The notes beneath the pieces are model-generated. The model was not told where the DNA came from. It did not search any database and saw nothing but the letters and a program-made list of their open reading frames with translations. This document shows, piece after piece, positions 1 to 8,244 of a stretch of 64,000 bases of DNA. The stretch is from a virus (lineage: Duplodnaviria; Caudoviricetes): IMG/VR virus record IMGVR_UViG_3300010352_001202; one strand, written 5' to 3'. How positions within the stretch are numbered: the first letter of the stretch is position 1; the number at the start of each line of letters is the position of its first letter. A program made the position numbers and the translations under genes.

Positions 1-95
1 ATCTGTATATTATTACCGATCAGGAAGATATGGCGACCGAACTCTCTCAAATCATCACAAGGGAAAGCTTGTCTAGATGATGCTGAATTCTGCTG

Positions 96-124
96 TTGAC
101 ACACCTGCTGTGTCATAGTAAAAT
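96..124 (+). promoter_or_regulatory. sigma70-like promoter (TTGACA-17-TAAAAT)
   Basis: TTGACA 96-101, TAAAAT 119-124, 17-nt spacer, upstream of ORF 155. Confidence 0.65.
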
Positions 125-154
125 AGTAACTCAACAACCTACAGAAAGTGTAAT

Positions 155-415
155 ATGAACAAGGCAACTACTCCTCCGGTCAACCTGAAGGAACAGAACG
201 CGGCTCATACCTTCCGTGTTACGATTCGTGATCGTGACCATTTCTACAAGCTGGTCAACTGGCTCAATACCAATGTTGGTAAGGGCGAAGACAAGTGGAC
301 GATGGAAGGCCGTGTGCTGAAGACGCTGAAGCAAGGCAAGACTGTCGCTCCGAAGATCTACATCTTCAAGGAAGACTTCGATCCGTCGTCGTCTCTGTAC
401 CTGAGCCTCCTGTAA
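155..415 (+). CDS. hypothetical protein
   Basis: 86-aa ORF after promoter, biased codon usage, abuts next gene. Confidence 0.75.
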   Translation: MNKATTPPVNLKEQNAAHTFRVTIRDRDHFYKLVNWLNTNVGKGEDKWTMEGRVLKTLKQGKTVAPKIYIFKEDFDPSSSLYLSLL

Positions 416-700
416 ATGCTCTTTACGAAGGATTTCCTATACACCGACAACAAGGCAGCAATTGCGCTAAAGTTTGTCGAGAGTATGCGTTATCCTTCGG
501 AAGACGAAGATTTAACAGTCGCAAAACTAAAAGACGATCTCTTGATTGAGGTTGTTATGACCTCTGGTAGGGAATACACCATTTCCACCCGGGCGCAGTT
601 TAGCGATTCAGATTGGAGAGTAAAAGACGAAGGCATCGACGGTGCCCGTTCTTCCATCTTCGAAAAATGGTGTCGCATTTTAACAGGGAAATCAACATGA
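416..700 (+). CDS. hypothetical protein
   Basis: ATG directly follows previous TAA; ATGA overlap with next gene. Confidence 0.75.
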   Translation: MLFTKDFLYTDNKAAIALKFVESMRYPSEDEDLTVAKLKDDLLIEVVMTSGREYTISTRAQFSDSDWRVKDEGIDGARSSIFEKWCRILTGKST

Positions 701-939
701 GACTGCAAGGAAAGTGTATTGTCGGTGATCCGATTCGTATTACCAGTTTTACTGCTGACTGGATGTCTGTCCGTTTGCACCCTACAACCTTCTATCGCAG
801 AATGGAAGAATTTCAGGAAGGCTTTGGAAAAACCAAGGGCCTATACACCGAGCTTGATCTTGGGCAGTTCATCCTGATTCGATTCTCCGAGAAGGAAGAC
901 CTAACTGCCTTCCACAGAAGGCATCACGAAGTCCTTTAA
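697..939 (+). CDS. hypothetical protein (F-x-x-x-x-D-x-x-x-F family)
   Basis: Start moved to ATG 697 (ATGA overlap); ends RFSEKEDLTAFHRRH. Confidence 0.7.
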   Translation: MRLQGKCIVGDPIRITSFTADWMSVRLHPTTFYRRMEEFQEGFGKTKGLYTELDLGQFILIRFSEKEDLTAFHRRHHEVL

Positions 940-1373
940 TGGCAAAACTGTTGCACACCAGAGTAAAAGTACCGTTCGCGAATCCGTATGTGGTTCGCGT
1001 TCAGTATGAGAGTGATGTAACAGAAGAAGCGGCTCACGCAATGTTTAGAAAGACTATGCGGACCGCTTATAGACTAATCGAAGGTTCGTGGGGTTATTCG
1101 TCTTTAGAGTACGAAGAAGTGAAAGTAAAAGACGAGTTTAACCACCCTGCGCCGCCCGGTCCAGGGCATTTTGCTGGTATGCATCAGCAAGTTCAAATAG
1201 CATCCTTATTCAATCCCGATTATCAACGCAGACTGCGTGCTTACATTGTCTTTACGGATGAGCTCGATGCACTGCAATTTAGATTGTCTATTGATACAAA
1301 TTCCGTGCAAGTAAAAATGTGGCCGCAGCGTTGGTTCACTATCCATGAGGTAGTAGAAACGGATGAATCTTGA
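939..1373 (+). CDS. hypothetical protein
   Basis: TAATG overlap; contains VFTDELDALQFRL. Confidence 0.75.
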   Translation: MAKLLHTRVKVPFANPYVVRVQYESDVTEEAAHAMFRKTMRTAYRLIEGSWGYSSLEYEEVKVKDEFNHPAPPGPGHFAGMHQQVQIASLFNPDYQRRLRAYIVFTDELDALQFRLSIDTNSVQVKMWPQRWFTIHEVVETDES

Positions 1374-1971
1374 TCTATATACAGACGAATTTAGGGACTT
1401 CAAGTTCCTAAAGTGCAATGCATGGCAAGTCGAATATTATAAAAAGACAGCCGCACAACTCAATAAAATACAACCATGGGCACAGACAAATGATCCTAAT
1501 TTTGTCTGGCCCCATCGCCTTGAGTTCTTAGAACAATTGTTTGATTTAAGAAACGATACGCTTTATATTGTCGAACCCGGGACGCTCTACAACACGCATA
1601 AGGATAGATATTCTTACGACTTTGAGCAGGCTCGTCTAAGCGAAATTGTAAATCCTGTTGTGTTTAAAGGACATCCAATGATGCCGGGCGAAGGCTGGAT
1701 AGCACAACCGGAAGACATACCGGAGATAGAAGATTCAACTGAGAATCACGATTGGTATATTTGTTCCAAGGAATACTTTATAGCAGATCCAGACAATCAC
1801 AGAGATGATAGAGTTTTTAAATTCTTTGAAAATTCGTTAGTTCCGAGCGATTATCCCAGCTATATGGCTCTATTCTATAATAGGGAAACTGCCGTAAAAT
1901 ACCAGGAAGCCATAACAAGTTTCCTTCGTAAGAATAATGATTCAATTTCAGCAATTAGCAGGCTACTCTAG
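1363..1971 (+). CDS. hypothetical protein
   Basis: 202-aa ORF in operon. Confidence 0.75.
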   Translation: MNLDLYTDEFRDFKFLKCNAWQVEYYKKTAAQLNKIQPWAQTNDPNFVWPHRLEFLEQLFDLRNDTLYIVEPGTLYNTHKDRYSYDFEQARLSEIVNPVVFKGHPMMPGEGWIAQPEDIPEIEDSTENHDWYICSKEYFIADPDNHRDDRVFKFFENSLVPSDYPSYMALFYNRETAVKYQEAITSFLRKNNDSISAISRLL

Positions 1972-1978
1972 AGCCGAC

Positions 1979-1985
1979 ATAAATA
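1979..1985 (+). promoter_or_regulatory. T4-late-like promoter ATAAATA
   Basis: Motif recurs in intergenic gaps before genes throughout the window; followed by AAGGAG RBS. Confidence 0.6.
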
Positions 1986-2005
1986 CATTGTACTAAGGAG
2001 TATTT

Positions 2006-2254
2006 ATGCACCCATTTTTGGATGTGAGTAAATTATCAGACGAAGAAATTATTGAGCGCCTTGGAAAAGCATATACATATATGAATGCTCAAGTAGCATT
2101 AGGACATAATCCTACCGTATTAAGTATCAAGGAAATAATTCAATCTCTAGAAGATGAAAGAAGTTTGCGCATGCGCAAGAATTTTGACGAAGAATATAAA
2201 AGAAAATACCCCGATGAGCTTAAACCCATCGAATTAGGTAAATTAGAAGATTAA
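2006..2254 (+). CDS. hypothetical protein
   Basis: AAGGAG RBS, 82 aa. Confidence 0.8.
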   Translation: MHPFLDVSKLSDEEIIERLGKAYTYMNAQVALGHNPTVLSIKEIIQSLEDERSLRMRKNFDEEYKRKYPDELKPIELGKLED

Positions 2255-2265
2255 GGAAAAGTCTC

Positions 2266-2979
2266 ATGATGAAAAGGGGAAGACATTTAATCAAAAGCCA
2301 TATGACAATGGAGTATGCGTTTACCGGGATCAGAATTCAATCAGCATGCTTAACTCCGGTTGAATGGCATCTAACAGTAGACCTTGTAGCCACTGAGAAG
2401 AAAGGTAAAACAAAGACAGAAATCGAATACAATGCAGGTGTCACATATCAGAAGCTTTATTTTTGGTTAGACACAAATTTACCTAACATTGTGCTAGTTG
2501 ATGTCACTAATGAAGACGACTTGTATATTGCAAATTTATCAGCTAATATAGCACTGTATTGCCCGGCAAATCCCGGAGATGATTTGTTTGCACAGTTACT
2601 GCACTCTAAATTAACAGCATTGGCTGGTGAAGATTTACTCATAGGCGAAATACACCTAAAGGGTAGTGATATGTCACTTCAGTACACATTTGATTGTGTC
2701 GATGGTGCATATGACTTACCGATTGCAACAGCAGATTATTACACCGAAGGTACCACAAGAGATGAAATACCTTGGTGGACCAGAGATGATGGATTCTGCT
2801 TTGAATTTGTAAAGCCTGCAGATTCCGAAGTTAGCGATGAAGAATTGTTTAAAGACATTTTTGATCCTATGGATGAATTTGAAAGAATAATGAAAGAGGC
2901 TTCTGAGACACATATTGGTGTTGTTCGGGAACCAGCAAGGATAGTTCAGGTTGAAAAATGGAAACCAAAAACTGTATGA
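2266..2979 (+). CDS. hypothetical protein
   Basis: AAGGA RBS, 237 aa, acidic. Confidence 0.8.
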   Translation: MMKRGRHLIKSHMTMEYAFTGIRIQSACLTPVEWHLTVDLVATEKKGKTKTEIEYNAGVTYQKLYFWLDTNLPNIVLVDVTNEDDLYIANLSANIALYCPANPGDDLFAQLLHSKLTALAGEDLLIGEIHLKGSDMSLQYTFDCVDGAYDLPIATADYYTEGTTRDEIPWWTRDDGFCFEFVKPADSEVSDEELFKDIFDPMDEFERIMKEASETHIGVVREPARIVQVEKWKPKTV

Positions 2980-3593
2980 CAGTCCCGTTTACCTATAGAA
3001 TTATATGCCCCAACGGCACTAAATATTACGGTGTAAGATATGCTATAGGGTGTAAACCCGATGATCTATGGAATACATATTTTACATCATCCAAAGAAGT
3101 TAAGGCTTTATTAACAATATTTGATAAAGAATTATTCATCTGCGATATAAGAAAAGTATTTAATAATAAGATAGATGCACTTAGTCATGAAGGTAGGGTA
3201 TTAAAAAGAATTGTAGATAAGCCGGGATGGTTAAATAAGCATAAGGGCGATTTAAAATTTCATAACTCGTCCCCGCATTCAGAAGAGACAAAAAGAAAGA
3301 TTAGTATTGCTATTACCGGAAAGAAACAATCATCCGAGACTATAGAAAAGCGAGTTAAAAAGAATACAGGTAAGAAAAGAATTAATCCACAAGGTCATGC
3401 TCAAACAGAGGAAACAAAGAAAAAAATTTCCAAATCTCGTAAGGGTTTACCGGGGCCTATGTTGGGAAAAATTCATTCAGAAGAAACAAGGAAAAAGATA
3501 TCTATAGCTAATTCTGGAAAAATTCATAAGCCACATTCAGAAGAGACAAAAGCAAAGATGAGAGAAGCATGGATTCGTCGAAAAACGGTGTAA
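2976..3593 (+). CDS. GIY-YIG-like homing endonuclease with NUMOD3 repeats
   Basis: FTY...YYG N-terminal motif; repeated HSEETKRKIS-type NUMOD3 motifs; start at ATGA overlap 2976. Confidence 0.8.
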   Translation: MTVPFTYRIICPNGTKYYGVRYAIGCKPDDLWNTYFTSSKEVKALLTIFDKELFICDIRKVFNNKIDALSHEGRVLKRIVDKPGWLNKHKGDLKFHNSSPHSEETKRKISIAITGKKQSSETIEKRVKKNTGKKRINPQGHAQTEETKKKISKSRKGLPGPMLGKIHSEETRKKISIANSGKIHKPHSEETKAKMREAWIRRKTV

Positions 3594-4105
3594 AAGTTAA
3601 CATGTATGGTCAAGCCATACTATCTAGTGAAAATTTAAGGGATCTGCTGCTACAAGGAAAAAATATAAGTCACTTGAATGTTGTGTTTGATGATGAGATT
3701 GAGTTATTCCAGAAATATCAATCGGAACTATTACACGACACAATTACATTCCTTGATGCACCAGAGGAGAAGTTATCCTTTGATGAGTTTCATCAACAAT
3801 GTGCCGAAGAATGGATTTTTCCCGAAATTTACCAGCAAATCGATGTTTTAAAATGGTTACTTGATAAATGTAAGACGCAGCAGGAAAGAGATCGTGTAAA
3901 CGAAGAATATAAACTGTATGAAGAGCGTGATTTAATTATGCTTCTAAGATTGTTTATATTTCTTGTAGATTACATGAGAAAGAATAAGTTTTTATGGGGT
4001 GTAGGAAGAGGCTCAAGTGTAGCATCCTATGTCTTATATTTAATTGGTGTACACAGAGTAGATTCGTTAAAATACGGTCTCGAAATTAAAGATTATCTAA
4101 AATAG
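3569..4105 (+). CDS. truncated DNA polymerase III alpha (DnaE)-like protein
   Basis: GVGRGSSVASYVLYLIGVHRVD matches the DnaE GxGRGS palm motif; only ~170 aa; start may be 3602. Confidence 0.75.
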   Translation: MDSSKNGVKVNMYGQAILSSENLRDLLLQGKNISHLNVVFDDEIELFQKYQSELLHDTITFLDAPEEKLSFDEFHQQCAEEWIFPEIYQQIDVLKWLLDKCKTQQERDRVNEEYKLYEERDLIMLLRLFIFLVDYMRKNKFLWGVGRGSSVASYVLYLIGVHRVDSLKYGLEIKDYLK

Positions 4106-4116
4106 GGAACAAGAAT

Positions 4117-4497
4117 ATGAGTAGACATGTATCATATAGAGGAGTTGCAATTGATATGGACTCTTTGAGCAGGGAGAACGAAAAAGTTCCTGCGATTGGC
4201 AATATGCGAGTAAACGCAAAAGGCGATCAAATTTCGGGCGGCAAGGTAACAAAAACCGCAGATCAGATTGCTAGAGAAAATCACAGAGTTCAGTCTGCTG
4301 TAGTTAATACTGGTCTAAAGGGAAAGCAACCTGTTGCTCCTACTCCTGTATTAGAGGCACCTAAGGCTACTCCTATTCAGACAAAGCCTGCTCCGTCAGC
4401 AGTTGCAGCACCAGCAAGGGCTGCTCCTAAGATGGTCGAGCGCGAATTGCCAAACGGCGACATCGTAATGGAAGAAGATTCAACTAAGAAAGAATAA
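4117..4497 (+). CDS. hypothetical protein, Pro/Ala-rich linker
   Basis: 126-aa ORF in operon. Confidence 0.75.
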   Translation: MSRHVSYRGVAIDMDSLSRENEKVPAIGNMRVNAKGDQISGGKVTKTADQIARENHRVQSAVVNTGLKGKQPVAPTPVLEAPKATPIQTKPAPSAVAAPARAAPKMVERELPNGDIVMEEDSTKKE

Positions 4498-4499
4498 GT

Positions 4500-4856
4500 A
4501 TGAAAGCTAAAGCACTCAAAGGAAAAGTTCTTGTTACAGATTTAGAACGCGGTAGTCGCGTTCTAAGGGGTATTATTTTACCTGACGACAATGGCAAGAG
4601 CGAAGGTATCCGTCCCCGTTGGGGAAAGGTCTATTCTGTCGGCGAAGACATTACCGATATTGTACCCGGGCAGTGGATACTTGTTGAGAACGGCCGATGG
4701 ACCAGAATGCTTAAGGTTAAGCAGGATGACGGTTCAGAACTTCAAATGTGGGGCGTTGAGTGGCCCAAGTCTGTAATGCTTGTTTCGGACGAAGATCCCG
4801 AAGTAGAAATCTTCTCTGAGTTTGTACAAGCAAACGAACGCGGCCAAGTTTACTGA
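4500..4856 (+). CDS. groES: GroES/Cpn10-like co-chaperonin
   Basis: ALKGKVLV...GIILPD...GKVYSVGE pattern typical of Cpn10. Confidence 0.75.
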   Translation: MKAKALKGKVLVTDLERGSRVLRGIILPDDNGKSEGIRPRWGKVYSVGEDITDIVPGQWILVENGRWTRMLKVKQDDGSELQMWGVEWPKSVMLVSDEDPEVEIFSEFVQANERGQVY

Positions 4857-4870
4857 TTGTTTTGCGAAAA

Positions 4871-4898
4871 TATTGCATATCCTCACAGATATGCAATA
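4871..4898. repeat. perfect 11-bp inverted repeat upstream of clamp loader
   Basis: TATTGCATATC-ctcaca-GATATGCAATA. Confidence 0.7.
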
Positions 4899-4933
4899 CA
4901 CTTGCCTTAACACTAGTTACGAAAGAATAACGA

Positions 4934-5869
4934 ATGAAACAGCTTTGGACTGAGCAATACCGACCTACCTCTATTAAAGACTATGTCTTTAAAGACGGAA
5001 AACAAAAGAGACAAATCGAGCAATGGATTTCTGGCGGAGCACTTCCGCATATGCTTTTATCTGGTGCTCCTGGCACAGGTAAAACAACCCTTGCTAAAGT
5101 TCTATTAAACGAACTAGGTGTTGATCCATTTGATATTAAAGAAGTGAACGCTTCTAAAGATAACAATGTAGACTTCATTCGTGATAGTATTACACGGTTT
5201 GCTGAAACAATGGGCGTAGGCGAAATCAAATATGTATTACTCGACGAGGCAGATTATCTAACTATTAATGCGCAGGCTGTATTGCGCAATACCATGGAAA
5301 GATATGCAAGCACGGTTAGATTTATTCTGACTTGCAATTATCCCCACAAGATTATTCCTGCGATTCAGTCACGCACTGAAACAGGGCGCATGGACATTAG
5401 CAAGCTAGACAAAGACGAGTTTACTCTGCGGCTTGTTAACATTTTAACACTGGAAAACATCGAGTTCGACATGGACATTGTCGACACTATGGTCCAGGCA
5501 GCTTACCCAGACCTGCGTAGGGGAATTAGCTTGATTCAGGCGAACTCCTTTAATGGTCAGCTTCAATTACCTGACAACAGCGAGACCGTTAGCGATTATA
5601 AGATCGATATGGTCGCTTTATTTAAAGCAGGCAAGTATAAAGAAGCACGACAGCTTATTTGTACACAAGTAGGCCAAGAAGAATACGAAGACATCTTTAA
5701 ATTCATGTATCAAAACCTTGAGATTTGGGGTGACGACGATGTTAAGGAAGGCAAGTGTATTCTTGCAATTAGAGATGGATTGGTAAAGCACACAAGTTGT
5801 GCGGATGTAGAAATTAACCTTTCAGCTACACTGTGCGAGCTGGAAATGATCGCAAAGGGCGTTTTATGA
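4934..5869 (+). CDS. clamp loader subunit (RFC small / T4 gp44-like AAA+)
   Basis: WTEQYRP, GAPGTGKT Walker A, NAS, LLDEAD Walker B, FILTCNY, IQSR. Confidence 0.92.
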   Translation: MKQLWTEQYRPTSIKDYVFKDGKQKRQIEQWISGGALPHMLLSGAPGTGKTTLAKVLLNELGVDPFDIKEVNASKDNNVDFIRDSITRFAETMGVGEIKYVLLDEADYLTINAQAVLRNTMERYASTVRFILTCNYPHKIIPAIQSRTETGRMDISKLDKDEFTLRLVNILTLENIEFDMDIVDTMVQAAYPDLRRGISLIQANSFNGQLQLPDNSETVSDYKIDMVALFKAGKYKEARQLICTQVGQEEYEDIFKFMYQNLEIWGDDDVKEGKCILAIRDGLVKHTSCADVEINLSATLCELEMIAKGVL

Positions 5870-6225
5870 GCAAAGAAAAAGTATTCATCGTTTTATCACA
5901 CAAGCATAACCTTAAGAAGGGTACTCGTGATGAATGGGAAGTTACGGAAACTGTTGAGTTTGTAAACCAACTCCGTAATAAGCACACAACAATGTCCAGT
6001 GCCATCGGCGATTATTTGAATAGAAAGATGTTGTCGGGCTCCCGCGTAGGAATGGGCGATTACGAAAAGTTCGAAGAGTATATTCGTAAGAAGTATCCTA
6101 AGCAATTGGGAGAACTCGATGCAGCTTATCGTGAAAAACAAGTTGTCATTGAACAGCCGGTATCTGATCTTATTACAGATGAGTTTGGCAATCTGCGTCC
6201 CAGAACGGTTTTTGACACAGTATGA
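5866..6225 (+). CDS. hypothetical protein
   Basis: Start at ATGA overlap 5866. Confidence 0.75.
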   Translation: MSKEKVFIVLSHKHNLKKGTRDEWEVTETVEFVNQLRNKHTTMSSAIGDYLNRKMLSGSRVGMGDYEKFEEYIRKKYPKQLGELDAAYREKQVVIEQPVSDLITDEFGNLRPRTVFDTV

Positions 6226-6824
6226 AACAAAAAATCATACTAACAGACGCCGATGGCGTTCTTGTAGACTGGAACAACGGATTCCGTAGATTTATGGAAT
6301 CCAAGGGCCATCCGCAATTACCGGACACCGATAATGATTATAGTATGGCTGTTCGACACGGAATTACAATTCCGCAAGCGCAGGCATACATTAAGGAATA
6401 CAACGAAGGACCGATGATTGCCGAACTCGATGCATTTGCTGATGCAATTAAAGGTGTTAAAGAATTAGCATCTTTAGGTTTCAGGTTCACTGTTGTTACG
6501 AGCATTAGCAGCCATCCGGATGCTAAGGTTTATAGAACACAAAACCTAAAGGCTTTATTCGGCGATGTGTTTGATGAGATCCATTGCATTGAAATGGGCG
6601 CAAGCAAAGCCCACATTCTGTTAAGCAACTGGGCCGGTACAGGATATTTCTGGATCGAGGATCATATGCGTCAGGCAGAAGCAGGATGGGAAGCAGGACT
6701 GAAAACTGTGCTGATTAATCATCCCTACAATGCACACTATAAGACTGATTTGTTTCCAAGGGTTAGTTACGAAACGCCCTGGGCAGAAATAGTTCAAATG
6801 GTTAAAAAAGAATATAACCTATAA
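6222..6824 (+). CDS. HAD-family phosphatase / 5'-nucleotidase-like
   Basis: ILTDADGVL motif I, VVTS motif II, WIED motif IV. Confidence 0.8.
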   Translation: MKQKIILTDADGVLVDWNNGFRRFMESKGHPQLPDTDNDYSMAVRHGITIPQAQAYIKEYNEGPMIAELDAFADAIKGVKELASLGFRFTVVTSISSHPDAKVYRTQNLKALFGDVFDEIHCIEMGASKAHILLSNWAGTGYFWIEDHMRQAEAGWEAGLKTVLINHPYNAHYKTDLFPRVSYETPWAEIVQMVKKEYNL

Positions 6825-6826
6825 TC

Positions 6827-7321
6827 ATGGCAAAACCTTATGTGTATCGGTGTGAGCATAAGGAAACTAAGCGATTCTATATAGGATATAGAGAAGCCAA
6901 CCATTTTCCTGCATATTTAGATTTCGGAACACACTACTTTACAAGTTCTATTGAAGTTAGCAATAATTTCAAAGATTATACATACGAAATACTTGCAGAA
7001 TTCACTGAGCCAAAGACAGCATTTGAAATTGAGCAAATGCTTATATACAAATCAAGAAACAATCCATTGCTAATTAACCAGCATTGGAAAACAACTGTTG
7101 TATCTATCGATGAATTAAAAACTCTAAGATATTTTAAGGAACATGTAGTCAAATATAGTAAGGTTAATGGAAATCCTTACCTTGCCAGAAAGAAAAAGAA
7201 AAAGAAAAAACTGCGCATACTAACCGAGGCCGAAAGGTTAGGACGGTCTGATGCCGAATGGATGCAAAGAAGGAAAGAAAAAAGAATTAGAAGAGAGCAA
7301 AAGAAATTACTCTCTAAATAA
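6827..7321 (+). CDS. GIY-YIG-like nuclease domain protein with Lys/Arg-rich C-terminal tail
   Basis: PYVY...FYIGYR...YFTSS...E.EQ.LI...N pattern; RKKKKKKK run and basic tail. Confidence 0.7.
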   Translation: MAKPYVYRCEHKETKRFYIGYREANHFPAYLDFGTHYFTSSIEVSNNFKDYTYEILAEFTEPKTAFEIEQMLIYKSRNNPLLINQHWKTTVVSIDELKTLRYFKEHVVKYSKVNGNPYLARKKKKKKKLRILTEAERLGRSDAEWMQRRKEKRIRREQKKLLSK

Positions 7322-7325
7322 TTAT

Positions 7326-7780
7326 GAAGCTGTAAGGTTGGTGCGCCTAATTAAAATTGCACTGGCGCATAGCTCGGAATGGAGCTCGATGGTCAAGCCG
7401 AACTTTATTGGTACGGTTATCCCGTGGGCTTCCACGATTAGGGCATGGTGTTATCAGAGTACATAACTCTGATCATCAAAGTATGTGGAATCCACAGAAA
7501 TTAACACCAGATAAAAATAAGTTCGCTATCGGTATGTGAAAGAAAGGTATGGCCGATAGATTGCGTTACAAGCGACTGAAATGCGAGTAACATATGCAAT
7601 GACTCGAAAGAGCCCATCAACGATTTCCATATGGTTGCAGTTAGACATAATCAATCCGACACTGCGTAAAGTTGTTTTTCAGTCTGTGGCGATGCCTGTC
7701 AGGTGAGTTGAAATTCCAAATTTTTATTTGGGTGTTTTGACGATACCCTTTCTGTGGACTCCACCGTCAGGTACCAAATA
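7326..7780 (+). ncRNA. candidate large structured non-coding RNA
   Basis: ~560-nt gap without a credible ORF; more than ten stems including long-range pairings; TAAATA at 7315-7320 just upstream. Strand is inferred from that hexamer. Confidence 0.6.
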
Positions 7781-7854
7781 CTCTCATATTCCGCATTATG
7801 CCACATATGCAATGTTCTGATTTATGTGCATACACAATATTGTTCACTCTCATA

Positions 7855-7861
7855 ATAAATA
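7855..7861 (+). promoter_or_regulatory. T4-late-like promoter ATAAATA
   Basis: Upstream of GAGGA RBS and ORF 7883. Confidence 0.6.
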
Positions 7862-7882
7862 TATCATTCAGAGGATTATATT

Positions 7883-8200
7883 ATGGCAGTCATGCAAACA
7901 GTCAAGGACAACCCAGGGAAACTTCTACTAGGATCAGCCGGATCAGTTATTGCTATTGTGACCGCATTATTTGCAGTAGATGCACGATACGCTCACGCAG
8001 CGGATGTTGAGAAGAACAAAGCGGAAACCCACATAATTATTAGAGAAACGACTGCCAATTTACGAAAGCAGATGCTTGAAGACAAACTATTCGAAATTGA
8101 TGTAAAAGAAGCACAAACAAAACTATCTCCTGTCGAGATGGCTATGAAAGAAAGATATAAGCGTCAAATAAAAGAAATAACAAGAGACAGCAGCAAATAA
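7883..8200 (+). CDS. membrane-anchored coiled-coil protein (possibly lysis/virion related)
   Basis: N-terminal hydrophobic helix, GAGGA RBS. Confidence 0.75.
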   Translation: MAVMQTVKDNPGKLLLGSAGSVIAIVTALFAVDARYAHAADVEKNKAETHIIIRETTANLRKQMLEDKLFEIDVKEAQTKLSPVEMAMKERYKRQIKEITRDSSK

Positions 8201-8202
8201 AC

Positions 8203-8228
8203 AAAAAGGGCCTATACGGCCCTTTTTT
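8203..8228. terminator. bidirectional intrinsic terminator
   Basis: AAAAAGGGCC-TATAC-GGCCCTTTTTT between convergent genes. Confidence 0.85.
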
Positions 8229-8244
8229 ACTGTATCACCCCTGT

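Noticed and set aside
7388-7412. Minus-strand ATAAAGTTCGGCTTGAC resembling the RNase P RNA 3' conserved region
   Set aside because: No matching GAGGAAAGTCC 5' half of P4 at a suitable distance.
7251-7539. ORFs 7251-7466 and 7357-7539 (and 7798-8010)
   Set aside because: Short, no RBS, overlap each other or real genes, no recognisable motifs; the region is better explained as structured non-coding sequence.
7694-7776. Canonical tRNA or tmRNA
   Set aside because: No TTCRA T-loop, no GG D-loop, no 7-nt anticodon loop and no GGGG 5' end; kept only as a tentative tRNA-like fold.
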